From: Clostridiaceae bacterium
GTDB taxonomy: Bacteria > Bacillota > Clostridia > CAYPLH01 > DUMO01
Reading direction: 5' to 3'
DNA: 20,000 bases
Assembly: GCA_012839865.1 (NCBI GenBank)
Contig: DUMO01000043.1
Coordinates: 53,255-73,254 of the forward strand
Below, piece after piece: positions 1 through 11,475 of the stretch. Position numbers and translations under genes: made by a program. Each line of letters opens with the position of its first letter. Positions within the stretch are counted from its first letter, which is position 1. The notes beneath the pieces were generated by a model. The model made no database searches and was not told the origin of the DNA. It worked only from the letters and a program-made list of their open reading frames with translations.

Positions 1-119
1 ATCGGAAAGTAAGTGCTATCAGTTTAGGAAAAATAAGCGCAAGACAGGGTATGGTTCTGAGCAATATAAGCACGCACGTGAAAAAATGAAATGTGTGCAG
101 AACAATAACACAACACCGG

Positions 120-518
120 TTAACTCCTTTTGCGTGTTACCTTCAACCGTGCCATGGCCCTTGTCAAAGCAGCTTTGGAATGATTATAGTCCACCTTCTG
201 CCTTAATCTTTCCTCCGCCCTTTGTTTAGCAGCCAAAGCCCTGTTCACATCTATTTCATATGGCCATTCGGCAGTATCGGCAAGTACCACAACCCTATCC
301 CGTGTAACCTCTATAAAGCCTTCACCCAATGCGGCATCCATCCATTTCCCGTTGCTTTTGATTCTCACAGGGCCAATGTCAACCACTGAAACAACAGGGA
401 TATGCCCTGCCAGTATTCCCATTTCGCCTTCAGGAGTTTTTATAACCAGTGATTCCACATACCCGGTGAAAAATTTCCTTTCAGGCGTAAATATTTCAAG
501 AAAAAAAGTTTTCGCCAT
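120..518 (-). CDS. atpC: F1Fo ATP synthase epsilon subunit
   Basis: Motifs [17 protein letters not shown]-like GEGFIEV and C-terminal [17 protein letters not shown]. Start moved to ATG 518 (MAKTFF), preceded by AGGTGG. Confidence 0.96.
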   Translation of the reverse strand: MAKTFFLEIFTPERKFFTGYVESLVIKTPEGEMGILAGHIPVVSVVDIGPVRIKSNGKWMDAALGEGFIEVTRDRVVVLADTAEWPYEIDVNRALAAKQRAEERLRQKVDYNHSKAALTRAMARLKVTRKRS

Positions 519-564
519 AAAACCCACCTGCCAAATTCATCAGCCAATAGCATCAAAAATACTC

Positions 565-615
565 ATGTGCCATACCGGTTCCGGTATCCGCGAATGCCGC
601 CGGCACCATGCACAT
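565..615 (-). other. Branched stem-loop in atpD-atpC spacer
   Basis: Outer arms ATGTGC (565-570)/GCACAT (610-615) enclose ATACCGG-TT-CCGGTAT (572-587) and TGCCG-C-CGGCA (595-605). No U-tract immediately adjacent on the minus strand. Confidence 0.6.
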
Positions 616-620
616 CTTTT

Positions 621-2913
<2,293 letters not shown>

Positions 2914-2919
2914 AAATAT

Positions 2920-3082
2920 TTCACCAACTACCCATTTTGCGTGCTCCGGCATACCTATAAGGCACTTGTAACACACAAATTAAATTCTCGTAAACTATGC
3001 ATTTTTCTCCGGCATGCTCTCAGGGTACCGCGAAATAATGCAATAAACCTTCACCATTTATTCATTTTTGTCCGCTCCGGCA
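2920..3082. repeat. Three imperfect direct repeats in the atpA-atpG spacer
   Basis: CTCCGGCA at 2944-2951, 3007-3014 and 3075-3082, each preceded by CATTTT. The outer copies 2920-2951 and 3050-3082 match at 25/33 by manual alignment. Confidence 0.65.
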
Positions 3083-3138
3083 AGCCAAAAAAGCACCGGA
3101 AACCCAGGACAAATATTTCTCCTGCTTTTGTTTTATGA

Positions 3139-4905
3139 TCAGGCATTCTGCATGGCCGGCAGGCTTGATTTAAAATCCTCGATGGCCTTTTCCAGAATTT
3201 CCTCTGTTCTTTTGTCAAGTTCGCCTGTGTTTTTTATTGTTTCAGGTACAGTTTTATATTTTTTTCTTATAAATTTCAATAATTCGGAATTAAGGCTTTT
3301 CATCCGGCTTATTGGATATCCCATAAAATAGCCGTTGGTTGCTGCATATAAAACTATAACCTGGTCTTCCACATCCATAGGTGCGTACTGGTCCTGTTTC
3401 AGGGTCTCCAGCAGCAACTCGCCCCTCTGCAGTTTTTCCCTTGTCGCCCTGTCAAGATCCGACCCGAACTGTGAAAAAACTGCAAGCTCCCTGTACTGGG
3501 CAAGATTTATCCTGAGGGGACCGGCTACTTTTTTCATTGCCCTTATCTGTGCAGCTCCACCAACCCTTGAAACTGAAAGACCTACATTGACCGCAGGTCT
3601 TTGCCCCGCGAAAAACAATTCAGGTTCAAGGTAAATTTGACCGTCTGTTATCGATATTACATTAGTAGGTATATATGCCGACACATCACCGCCCTGGGTT
3701 TCAACTATGGGCAAAGCGGTAATGGAACCTCCGCCGGTTTCGTCCTTAAGTCTTGCCGCCCGCTCCAAAAGCCTTGAGTGAAGGTAAAATACATCACCGG
3801 GATAAGCTTCCCTCCCGGGGGGACGGCGCAGCAAAAGGGACATGGTTCTATAAGCCACCGCATGTTTTGAAAGATCATCATATACAATAAGTACATCTTT
3901 ATGGTGATTGTACATAAACTCCTCGGCAATGGCACAACCGGCATAAGGGGCTATGTATTGCAATGCAGGCGAATCACTGGCAGTTGATGATACAACAATG
4001 GAATACTCCATTGCGCCAAACTCCCTGAGTGTCTCCACTATCGCCGAGATGGCGGAAGCTTTTTGCCCTATTGCAACATATATGCAAATAACATCTTTTC
4101 CTTTTTGGTTGATAATGGTATCCACAGCCAGAGCAGTCTTGCCTGTCTGTCTGTCCCCGATTATAAGCTCTCTTTGTCCTCTTCCTATCGGCACCATTGC
4201 GTCAATGGCTATAATTCCTGTCTGAAGCGGAGTGTCTACAGGCTGTCTTTCTACAATACCCGCTGCCGGATATTCAATGGGTCTTTCTTTTCCACGGGGT
4301 ATTTCACCTTTTCCGTCAATGGGGATGCCCAAAGGATTGACAACCCTTCCGATGAGCCCCATGCCAACGGGCACGGTTACTGCTTTGCCTGTCCTGCCAG
4401 CCTTTGACCCTTCTTTTATATTTTCATCGCCGCCCAGCAAAACACATCCTATCTTATCCTCTTCAAGGTTTAAGGCCATGGCGTAAATTCCACCTTCAAA
4501 CTGCAAAAGTTCACCGTACATGCAGTTTGAAAGTCCTTCAACCCAAGCTATACCATCTCCCACCTTAAGGACGGTGCCTGTTTCCAGTGTTTTAACCTTA
4601 AAGGAAATTTTCTCGACTTGCTTTTTCAACCACAAGTTATATTCACTTTTTTCAACACCTGTATCAACCAGGTCCGGATTCATCAGGCTATTTCTAAACT
4701 CCGCCAATTGGGTGTCCAGACTTCCATCAATAACAGTGTCACCTATCTGTATTTTGATGCCGCCTTTCAGGCTTTTGTCTGTCTCAACACTGATATGAAC
4801 CTGTTTCTCCTTATACTTTTCGCTATACTTTTTTCTGATTCTTTCCACCTGGTCACTATCCGGCGGAAAAGCTGATATGATTTTTATATCAAGTGTATTA
4901 CCCAC
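3139..4905 (-). CDS. atpA: ATP synthase alpha subunit with N-terminal delta (OSCP) C-terminal-domain fusion
   Basis: Alpha motifs [38 protein letters not shown]. Residues 1-75 resemble the delta C-terminal domain (SAFP...Q...[20 protein letters not shown]). GTG 4905 with AGGAGG RBS. Confidence 0.97.
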   Translation of the reverse strand: MGNTLDIKIISAFPPDSDQVERIRKKYSEKYKEKQVHISVETDKSLKGGIKIQIGDTVIDGSLDTQLAEFRNSLMNPDLVDTGVEKSEYNLWLKKQVEKISFKVKTLETGTVLKVGDGIAWVEGLSNCMYGELLQFEGGIYAMALNLEEDKIGCVLLGGDENIKEGSKAGRTGKAVTVPVGMGLIGRVVNPLGIPIDGKGEIPRGKERPIEYPAAGIVERQPVDTPLQTGIIAIDAMVPIGRGQRELIIGDRQTGKTALAVDTIINQKGKDVICIYVAIGQKASAISAIVETLREFGAMEYSIVVSSTASDSPALQYIAPYAGCAIAEEFMYNHHKDVLIVYDDLSKHAVAYRTMSLLLRRPPGREAYPGDVFYLHSRLLERAARLKDETGGGSITALPIVETQGGDVSAYIPTNVISITDGQIYLEPELFFAGQRPAVNVGLSVSRVGGAAQIRAMKKVAGPLRINLAQYRELAVFSQFGSDLDRATREKLQRGELLLETLKQDQYAPMDVEDQVIVLYAATNGYFMGYPISRMKSLNSELLKFIRKKYKTVPETIKNTGELDKRTEEILEKAIEDFKSSLPAMQNA

Positions 4906-4920
4906 GGTACCCTCCTGCCT

Positions 4921-5409
4921 TTACGCCACATCCGACTCATTTAGAAACTTTTCCACCAGTTTCCTGTTCTTTTCGCTGTCAATATTGGCGTCAATAAGTT
5001 TTTCCACGGCAGCAAAAATCAAAGCAGATGCTTCCTTCTTAATTTCTTTCATCATCTGCTCCCTTTGTTTTTCAATTTCCTCCAAACCCCTGGCTTTAAT
5101 ATTTTCCGCTTCACGCCGGGCTTCCTTTATTATCTCGTCGTATTCCTTCCTGGCCTTTTCCTTAGCTTCCCGGATAATCATATCCGCCTGTATGGCGCTT
5201 TCATTCAGCTTCTTATCATATTCCATTTTCAGGTTTTCAGCTTCCCTGTTGGCATCCTCAGCCTTTTTGATAGACTCTTTGATTGAATTTGTTCTTTTCT
5301 CCATATATGCGGTGACCGGCTTGAACAAAAACCTCTTTAAAACCAGGTACAGTATAATAAAGTTTATTATTGTGAATATAAAAGTCCATCCGCTTAACAA
5401 ATTACTCAT
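4921..5409 (-). CDS. atpF: ATP synthase Fo subunit b
   Basis: Single N-terminal TM (TFIFTIINFIILYLVLKRFLFKPV) followed by a charged coiled coil. ATG 5409 chosen over the upstream TTG 5427. Confidence 0.95.
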   Translation of the reverse strand: MSNLLSGWTFIFTIINFIILYLVLKRFLFKPVTAYMEKRTNSIKESIKKAEDANREAENLKMEYDKKLNESAIQADMIIREAKEKARKEYDEIIKEARREAENIKARGLEEIEKQREQMMKEIKKEASALIFAAVEKLIDANIDSEKNRKLVEKFLNESDVA

Positions 5410-5446
5410 TATAATACTTCCCTTCAAGCAACTCTATATAATGGCT

Positions 5447-5671
5447 TTATCTTACAAAAATCAGCAGTAAACCAAGAATAAACGCGTAAATTGCCGTTGC
5501 TTCTATAAGAGACGCACCTAATATTAAAATTCTCTGAATCTTGTCAGCCGCCTCAGGCTGCCTTGCTGCAGATTCAACGGATTTCTGGGTTGCCATCCCA
5601 ATACTGAAAGCTGCCCCAATCCCTGTCAGTCCGCAAATTGCGGTTGCCAGCGCTATCAAACCTTCGTTCAT
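5447..5671 (-). CDS. atpE: ATP synthase Fo subunit c
   Basis: 74-aa hydrophobic hairpin, RQPEA loop, ion-binding Glu in LIEATAIY, AGGAGG RBS. Confidence 0.97.
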   Translation of the reverse strand: MNEGLIALATAICGLTGIGAAFSIGMATQKSVESAARQPEAADKIQRILILGASLIEATAIYAFILGLLLIFVR

Positions 5672-5684
5672 AATGCCACACCTC

Positions 5685-6452
5685 CTATTCTACTGCCTCA
5701 GCTATGTAAAAAGTGGATAGATATACAAAAATGTACGCCTGCAATGCCCCGTCAAACAGGTCGAAATATATGCTCAAGGCAGCAGGCAAAGCCAATGGAA
5801 CCACCATATAAATCAATTCCATTATTATAAAGGCTCCCAGAATATTTCCGAATAACCGGAAAGAAAGAGAAAGAATTCTTATAAAATACTCCATTATATT
5901 CAAGGGTAAGAGTATCGGAATAGGTTGAACAAAGCTTTTCAGCCAGCCTGACACCTTTTTGAACTTTATTGCCCCGTAAATAATGAAAAATGTTGTTACA
6001 GTGGCCAGGGCAAAGGGTACGTTGACATCCTTGGCAGGCGGCCTTATGCTGTATTTCGGCCAATTTGCAAAAGACTCATTGCCGGTAATCCTGTAAAGAG
6101 TTTCACCGGTGGGTATGAAATTGAATATGGAAATTATATTGGCTGTAACAAGGAAAAAAAGCAATGTTCCTATAAACGGCGCAAAGGTTTTCCAATGGTG
6201 CCCTATCGTGTCCTGAGTAAAATTATTTATAAATTCCACAGCAATCTCAACTACATTCTGCCTGCCTTCGGGAATTGTTTTAAAAGACCTTGTCAGGAAT
6301 ATGACAACCCCTATAATTAAAGCCATGGCAATCCACATGGAAATTACTGTATCTGTTATGGAAATTCTGATCCCAAACAAATTTATGTTAAATATTTCTG
6401 TCGGCGTCAGAGCGCTGACTATTTCTTCGCCCAGACGTTCCAATAAACTCAC
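5685..6452 (-). CDS. atpB: ATP synthase Fo subunit a
   Basis: Polytopic membrane protein with PEGRQNVVE, LSLSFRLFGN (essential Arg) and LQAYIF. Start is GTG 6452 or TTG 6443. Confidence 0.97.
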   Translation of the reverse strand: MSLLERLGEEIVSALTPTEIFNINLFGIRISITDTVISMWIAMALIIGVVIFLTRSFKTIPEGRQNVVEIAVEFINNFTQDTIGHHWKTFAPFIGTLLFFLVTANIISIFNFIPTGETLYRITGNESFANWPKYSIRPPAKDVNVPFALATVTTFFIIYGAIKFKKVSGWLKSFVQPIPILLPLNIMEYFIRILSLSFRLFGNILGAFIIMELIYMVVPLALPAALSIYFDLFDGALQAYIFVYLSTFYIAEAVE

Positions 6453-6463
6453 CTTCTAATTAT

Positions 6464-6850
6464 TCAATACCGCTGTTTAAGTGCGCTGATTGTTATTATT
6501 ACGGGCATTGCCAAAATACCTGCCGATACCCCTGCAAAGAGAAACAAATCATAAATTGCTGCAGCAGCAAGAATGATAATGACAGTTGCAATACTTAGTA
6601 TGTACTTTACAATGCCTGATTTATGTAAGTTCACGGCTTCAGGTTTCATAACAAGTACTGATAAAAATCCACTCATGAAGTAGAATTTCAAAAACCCTAT
6701 ACTGGAGCCAATTAAAAGGCCTATCATAAATGACAGGCTTTGTAAAAGCAAAACATTTATTAAAAAGGCAACCACAAAAAAAATCAACATCCCGACTACG
6801 GTATATTTGTTTAAAACTCCTTGTTTGTTTTGCTTAAATTTGCTATCCAT
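6464..6850 (-). CDS. atpI: ATP synthase protein I-like membrane protein
   Basis: 128 aa with about four hydrophobic segments, first gene of the operon directly upstream of atpB. Assignment rests on position and topology. Confidence 0.7.
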   Translation of the reverse strand: MDSKFKQNKQGVLNKYTVVGMLIFFVVAFLINVLLLQSLSFMIGLLIGSSIGFLKFYFMSGFLSVLVMKPEAVNLHKSGIVKYILSIATVIIILAAAAIYDLFLFAGVSAGILAMPVIITISALKQRY

Positions 6851-6897
6851 CTAATACAGGCTTTTTCCTCTATCCTTCCAAAAAAATATTAAAGAAT

Positions 6898-6926
6898 ATA
6901 ATAGCACAATAAAAACACCCTTTCAA
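6898..6926 (-). promoter_or_regulatory. Sigma-A-type promoter of the atp operon
   Basis: Minus strand TTGAAA-17 bp-TATTAT with extended -10 TG (TGcTATTAT), about 48 bp upstream of atpI. Confidence 0.7.
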
Positions 6927-6936
6927 GGATGTTTTT
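6906..6936 (-). terminator. Intrinsic terminator after wecB
   Basis: Minus-strand RNA CAUCC-UUGAAA-GGGUG followed by UUUUUAUUG. The G-U wobble works only on the minus strand. Confidence 0.6.
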
Positions 6937-7026
6937 GTATAAATATAATTCCAGTTGTTTTATAGTAATTGAATAATCAGTACACAACATGATTAATGAG
7001 GATTATGCAGAATATAACAATTGGTT

Positions 7027-8178
7027 TTATTTGCCAAACTCTTCCGGTTTTTCTCTGCTGTAACCGAATTCATATAATAGAGCCTTTACAATCCTTTCGG
7101 AAGCATGTCCGTCGCCATAGGGATTTACAGCCTTTGCCATCCTGTTGTATTCCACCGGGTCTTCCAGAAGCATTGATGTCAGTTCAATAATCCTTTTTTT
7201 ATTGGTACCGGCAAGTTTAACCGTCCCGGCGTCAACAGCTTCCTGGCGTTCAGTCTCATTCCTTGTAACAATAACAGGCTTGCCAAGGGAAGGCGCTTCT
7301 TCCTGCAGACCCCCTGAATCGGTTATTATAAGGTATGACTTTTTCATAAGGTTGTGGGTCTGTTCAACATCCACGGGGTCCAGGAGACTGATTCTTTCAT
7401 GTTCCGAGAGTATTTCCCAGGCTGTCTTTCTTACTGCGGGGTTTAAATGAACCAGATATACGATATGCACATCTTTATAGGCATCTGCAATAAATTTCAA
7501 AGCTTTGCAGATATTTTCAAGAGGTTTCCCCAGGTTCTCCCTCCTGTGGGCTGTGACAGTAATTACTCTTTTACCTTTGTAATCCAGATTATTAAGTGTA
7601 GAGTCACTAAAAACATAATCTTCTTTTATTGTATATTTGAAAGTATCAATGACCGTATTCCCGGTAACATATATTTTATCTTTGCATACGCCCTCGTTTA
7701 AAAGGTTTTGCCTGTTTAATGGGGTTGCGGCAAAATGATAGTCACTGAGCACACCGGTAAGCCTGCGGTTCATTTCTTCAGGGTACGGGTAATACTTGTT
7801 GAAAGTGCGCAAGCCTGCCTCAACATGCCCTACACATATTTTTTTATAGAACGCCGCAAGGCTTCCTGCAAAGGTTGTTGTAGTATCACCATGAACCAGT
7901 ACTATGTTGGGGTTGACTTTTTCAAATATTTCCCCCAATCCAAGAAGAGCTTTGGTGGTGATATGTTCAAGGGTCTGGCTCTGCTGCATTATATTAAGGT
8001 CAAAATCAGGTGTTATTCCAAACTTGTCCAGCACCTGGTCCAGCATTTCCCTATGTTGGGCGGTTACGCAAACAAAAGATTCAATATTGGCATTTTTCCC
8101 AAGTTCTATTACCAAAGGCGCCATTTTTATCGCTTCAGGCCTTGTACCAAAAACAGTAACAACTTTCAGCTTTCCCAT
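7027..8178 (-). CDS. wecB: UDP-N-acetylglucosamine 2-epimerase (non-hydrolysing)
   Basis: GTRPEAIKMAP, HGDTTT, HVEAGLRT, PEEMNR, DSGGLQEEAPSLGKP. Confidence 0.98.
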   Translation of the reverse strand: MGKLKVVTVFGTRPEAIKMAPLVIELGKNANIESFVCVTAQHREMLDQVLDKFGITPDFDLNIMQQSQTLEHITTKALLGLGEIFEKVNPNIVLVHGDTTTTFAGSLAAFYKKICVGHVEAGLRTFNKYYPYPEEMNRRLTGVLSDYHFAATPLNRQNLLNEGVCKDKIYVTGNTVIDTFKYTIKEDYVFSDSTLNNLDYKGKRVITVTAHRRENLGKPLENICKALKFIADAYKDVHIVYLVHLNPAVRKTAWEILSEHERISLLDPVDVEQTHNLMKKSYLIITDSGGLQEEAPSLGKPVIVTRNETERQEAVDAGTVKLAGTNKKRIIELTSMLLEDPVEYNRMAKAVNPYGDGHASERIVKALLYEFGYSREKPEEFGK

Positions 8179-8208
8179 GAGTATCTCCTGTTAATGACTA
8201 TAATCTCT

Positions 8209-9366
8209 TTATTCCTTCACCTGAGGTTTCACAAAACCTTCAATTTTCTTCTTTTTGCTTTCAGGTACTTCTTCTTCACTGTTTATAGCGCCCATGTATT
8301 TAATACCGGTGAAAATAAAACCAGTAACTATAGCTATAAGAAAAATTGCTTTAATAGCACCCTTATCAGCCAGTACTATCGCGCACAAGCCAAGCACCGC
8401 ACTTATGGTATAAAGAATGAACACAGATTGTCTCTGGCTTAATCCCATTTTCATCAGCCTGTGGTGCAGATGTCCGCCATCTGCCTTGGATATGGGCTGT
8501 TTGTTTAAAACTCTTCTCACTATTGCAAAAAGGGTGTCAAACAAAGGCAAACCCAATACCAGCAGCGGAACCGCAACTGCAATTGCCGTATATGCCTTCA
8601 GGAAACCCTGTATGGACAATACACCCAATATAAACCCTAAGGCTGCTGAACCAGTCTCGCCCATAAAAATCTTTGCCGGGTTAAAGTTATATGGAAGGAA
8701 ACCTAAAGCTGCACCTGCAAGGGCTGCAGTCATAAGAGACACCGACACGGCAACTATAGGCTCACCAATAATAATCGAAACAATAAAAAGTGATAATGCG
8801 GATATGCTGCAAACACCGGCAGCCAGTCCATCCAAACCGTCAATAAAGTTTATTGCACTTGTTACACCTGCAATCCAAAGTATTGTCAGCGGATACGAAA
8901 TGAAAACAGGCAACTGTATTGTATCTCCAGCAAAGGGATTTGTAATTCCTTCTATCAGGGTACCTGCCAAAACTACGGTAATTGCTGCTGCAAGGTAAAA
9001 TGTCATTTTAACTCCCGGTTTAAGGTTATAAATATCGTCCAGCATTCCCTCAACAACAATTATAACCAATCCAACCAAAAGTCCGAGAAATGGCTTATCT
9101 ATAACTATTAATCCCGGTGAACCGAAAAGATTGCCAGCAATGTCGAAAACTATTGATGCAATAAAACCCATTATTATAGCCAAACCGCCCATCAGTGCAA
9201 TGGGTTTTTTATGAATCTTTCTCTCATCTCCGGGGACATCAATTGCTCCCAGTTTAAACGCGATTTTTCTTGCAAGAGGTGTTGCTGAAAAAGCAACAAT
9301 AAATGCAAGTGTAAAGGATATTAAATATTCAAACGTGTTGTTCAACAAATACACCTTCTTTACCAT
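8209..9366 (-). CDS. tagO: Undecaprenyl-phosphate GlcNAc-1-phosphate transferase (TagO/WecA, MraY-like family)
   Basis: Multi-TM protein with GMLDD, NFIDGLDGLA, NFNPAKIFMG and HLHHRL. Start uncertain by a few codons. Confidence 0.88.
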   Translation of the reverse strand: MVKKVYLLNNTFEYLISFTLAFIVAFSATPLARKIAFKLGAIDVPGDERKIHKKPIALMGGLAIIMGFIASIVFDIAGNLFGSPGLIVIDKPFLGLLVGLVIIVVEGMLDDIYNLKPGVKMTFYLAAAITVVLAGTLIEGITNPFAGDTIQLPVFISYPLTILWIAGVTSAINFIDGLDGLAAGVCSISALSLFIVSIIIGEPIVAVSVSLMTAALAGAALGFLPYNFNPAKIFMGETGSAALGFILGVLSIQGFLKAYTAIAVAVPLLVLGLPLFDTLFAIVRRVLNKQPISKADGGHLHHRLMKMGLSQRQSVFILYTISAVLGLCAIVLADKGAIKAIFLIAIVTGFIFTGIKYMGAINSEEEVPESKKKKIEGFVKPQVKE

Positions 9367-9546
9367 TACAATGGTCTGTTTTCATCTTCAGTAATACTTT
9401 ATAACTATATGTTATTATTCCATAGTTATTTCAAAAACTCAAGCTTTCGTCATCATGGAAAATTATTCAACTTACCTTGAGATATAACATATATCTATAA
9501 AAAATATTACCATTATTCTTTTGCATATTATTTATCAGCCTCAAGC

Positions 9547-9993
9547 TTAATTCTGGTCAAGCCGCACAACATCTATTCCTGCTTCCGACAATATTTCCAT
9601 AGACAGTTCATCCGGATAGGCACCCCGGAATACAATTTTTTCTATTCCTGCATTTACAATCATTTTTGCACACAATACACAGGGCTGGCACGTTATATAC
9701 ATGGTGCCACCCTTTACACTTGTGCCGCTGTAAGCAGCCTGTATTATTGCGTTCTGCTCTGCATGGATGGCACGGCAAAGCTCATGACGCTGGCCTGAAG
9801 GAATATTCAACTGCTGCCTTAAACATCCCAGCTCTTCACAATGCCTGCATCCGGTAGGTGCCCCGTTATACCCGGTTGCAAGTATTCTCTTGTCCTTTAC
9901 AATCAATGCTCCTACCTGGCGTCTTAAGCAAGTAGATCTCTTCTTCACTAGTTCAACAATTTCCATGAAATATTCATCCCAAGAAGGCCTCAA
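9547..9993 (-). CDS. dCMP deaminase family protein (ComEB-like)
   Basis: [23 protein letters not shown] and the zinc motif HAE...PCVLC. TTG 9993 is better spaced from the GGGGAG RBS than TTG 9999. Confidence 0.93.
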   Translation of the reverse strand: MRPSWDEYFMEIVELVKKRSTCLRRQVGALIVKDKRILATGYNGAPTGCRHCEELGCLRQQLNIPSGQRHELCRAIHAEQNAIIQAAYSGTSVKGGTMYITCQPCVLCAKMIVNAGIEKIVFRGAYPDELSMEILSEAGIDVVRLDQN

Positions 9994-10049
9994 ATACAAC
10001 TCCCCTATCTTAATAAAAGATCCTGTTATTTTAATCGACGAATTTTTCT

Positions 10050-10679
10050 TTATTTTGTTCCAAAGAGCCTGTCCCCGGCATCTCCAAGGCCAGGTACTAT
10101 ATAGGCATGTTCATTCAATTTCTCGTCTACTGCTGCACAATATATTTCAACATCAGGATGTTCCCTGTTAACCACCTCTATGCCATACCTGGCGGCTATA
10201 ATACATACCAGCTTGATGCTGGTGACACCCTTTTCCTTGAGAAAACTGATGGCGGCTGATGCCGACCCCCCTGTTGCAAGCATTGGGTCAAGTATGACGA
10301 TTTCCCTCTCGCTGACATCCAACGGAAGCTTGCAATAGTATTCAACAGGCTTTAAGGTTTCAGGATCACGATATACCCCTATATGCCCGACCTTTGCCAT
10401 GGGAAGAAGTTTCAACATCCCGTCAACCATACCGAGACCTGCTCTTAAGATAGGTACAAAACCCATCTTTTTTCCTGATATGACTTTAGTTTTGGCTATT
10501 CCAACCGGGGTTTCGATCTCAACTTCCTTCAAAGGCATTTTACGGGTTACTTCATATCCCATCAACATGGCAACTTCTTCAACAAGTTCCCTGAATTCCT
10601 TTGTAATGGTGTTCTTATCCCGCAAAAGTGAGACCTTGTGCTGTATTAATGGATGATCAAGAACAAAAACGTTTTTCAT
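10050..10679 (-). CDS. upp: Uracil phosphoribosyltransferase
   Basis: [50 protein letters not shown]. Confidence 0.99.
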   Translation of the reverse strand: MKNVFVLDHPLIQHKVSLLRDKNTITKEFRELVEEVAMLMGYEVTRKMPLKEVEIETPVGIAKTKVISGKKMGFVPILRAGLGMVDGMLKLLPMAKVGHIGVYRDPETLKPVEYYCKLPLDVSEREIVILDPMLATGGSASAAISFLKEKGVTSIKLVCIIAARYGIEVVNREHPDVEIYCAAVDEKLNEHAYIVPGLGDAGDRLFGTK

Positions 10680-10812
10680 CAAAAATAACCTCCAAAGCTA
10701 TATTTTCAGTTTTATTATCAATCTTGTCCGGCAACTTCACCTACATGGCTGGTTGCACTTTCTTAAAACAATCGCAATTTGATGCAACAAGCCTGAACTC
10801 ATCTATTTATGA

Positions 10813-11268
10813 TCAATTGCACTTTTTTGAATATTTATTTTCAATTTCTGCAATTTTCCCAACTCTTCTTGTATGCCTGTCCTTTAAAAAAGCAGTTTCC
10901 AGCCACGTGTCGACAATATCCAGAGCCACGCTGACACCGACAATTCTCTCACCAAGAGCCAATACATTGGCATCATTATGCTCCCTGCTTAATCTGGCCA
11001 TGGTAGTATCAGTGCACAAAGCGGCTCTTACTCCGGGCACTTTATTGGCAGATATGGAAATACCTATTCCGGTCCCGCAAATAACTATTCCCCTGTCACA
11101 TTCACCTTTGGCAACGGCTTCTGCAACAGCCAGTCCGAAATCCGGATAATCTACCGATCCAACGCCTCCCGTTCCAAAATCCTTTACTTTATATCCCTTG
11201 GATTCTAAATACTTTCGTATCTCCTGCTTTAAAGCAAATCCTGCATGATCGCTGCCCAATGCAATCAA
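10813..11268 (-). CDS. rpiB: Ribose-5-phosphate isomerase B
   Basis: GSDHAG, DYPD, ICGTGIGISISANKVPGVRAA, HNDANVL, RHTRR; TTG start with GGAGG RBS. Confidence 0.98.
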   Translation of the reverse strand: MIALGSDHAGFALKQEIRKYLESKGYKVKDFGTGGVGSVDYPDFGLAVAEAVAKGECDRGIVICGTGIGISISANKVPGVRAALCTDTTMARLSREHNDANVLALGERIVGVSVALDIVDTWLETAFLKDRHTRRVGKIAEIENKYSKKCN

Positions 11269-11368
11269 TTTCCCGCCTCCTCTGCGACATATGTTTTGCG
11301 TCCTTTAAACTTTGTTTACAGGTACTATCCCACGTTTCACTTTTGTAAAGCGCCAAGCGGTTTTTTAT

Positions 11369-11397
11369 ATTATATATGTTTTCAAAAAACTTATCAA
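11369..11397 (-). promoter_or_regulatory. Sigma-A-type promoter upstream of rpiB
   Basis: Minus strand TTGATA-17 bp-TATAAT. Confidence 0.7.
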
Positions 11398-11475
11398 AAT
11401 CTGCAACTTGTTAAATGGAATTTTTATGCCCTTTTGATTTAACTCGATCTATATTCATGGTGTAAACCGTCCGGT

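Noticed and set aside
2920..3082. CRISPR-like geometry (about 30-bp repeats at 63-68-bp period)
   Set aside because: Only three divergent, non-palindromic copies, containing the atpG RBS, and no cas genes in the window.
9401..9429. Inverted repeat ATAACTAT-N13-ATAGTTAT upstream of tagO; ATAACTAT also occurs near 12015
   Set aside because: AT-only arms in AT-rich DNA; not distinguishable from chance without comparative data.
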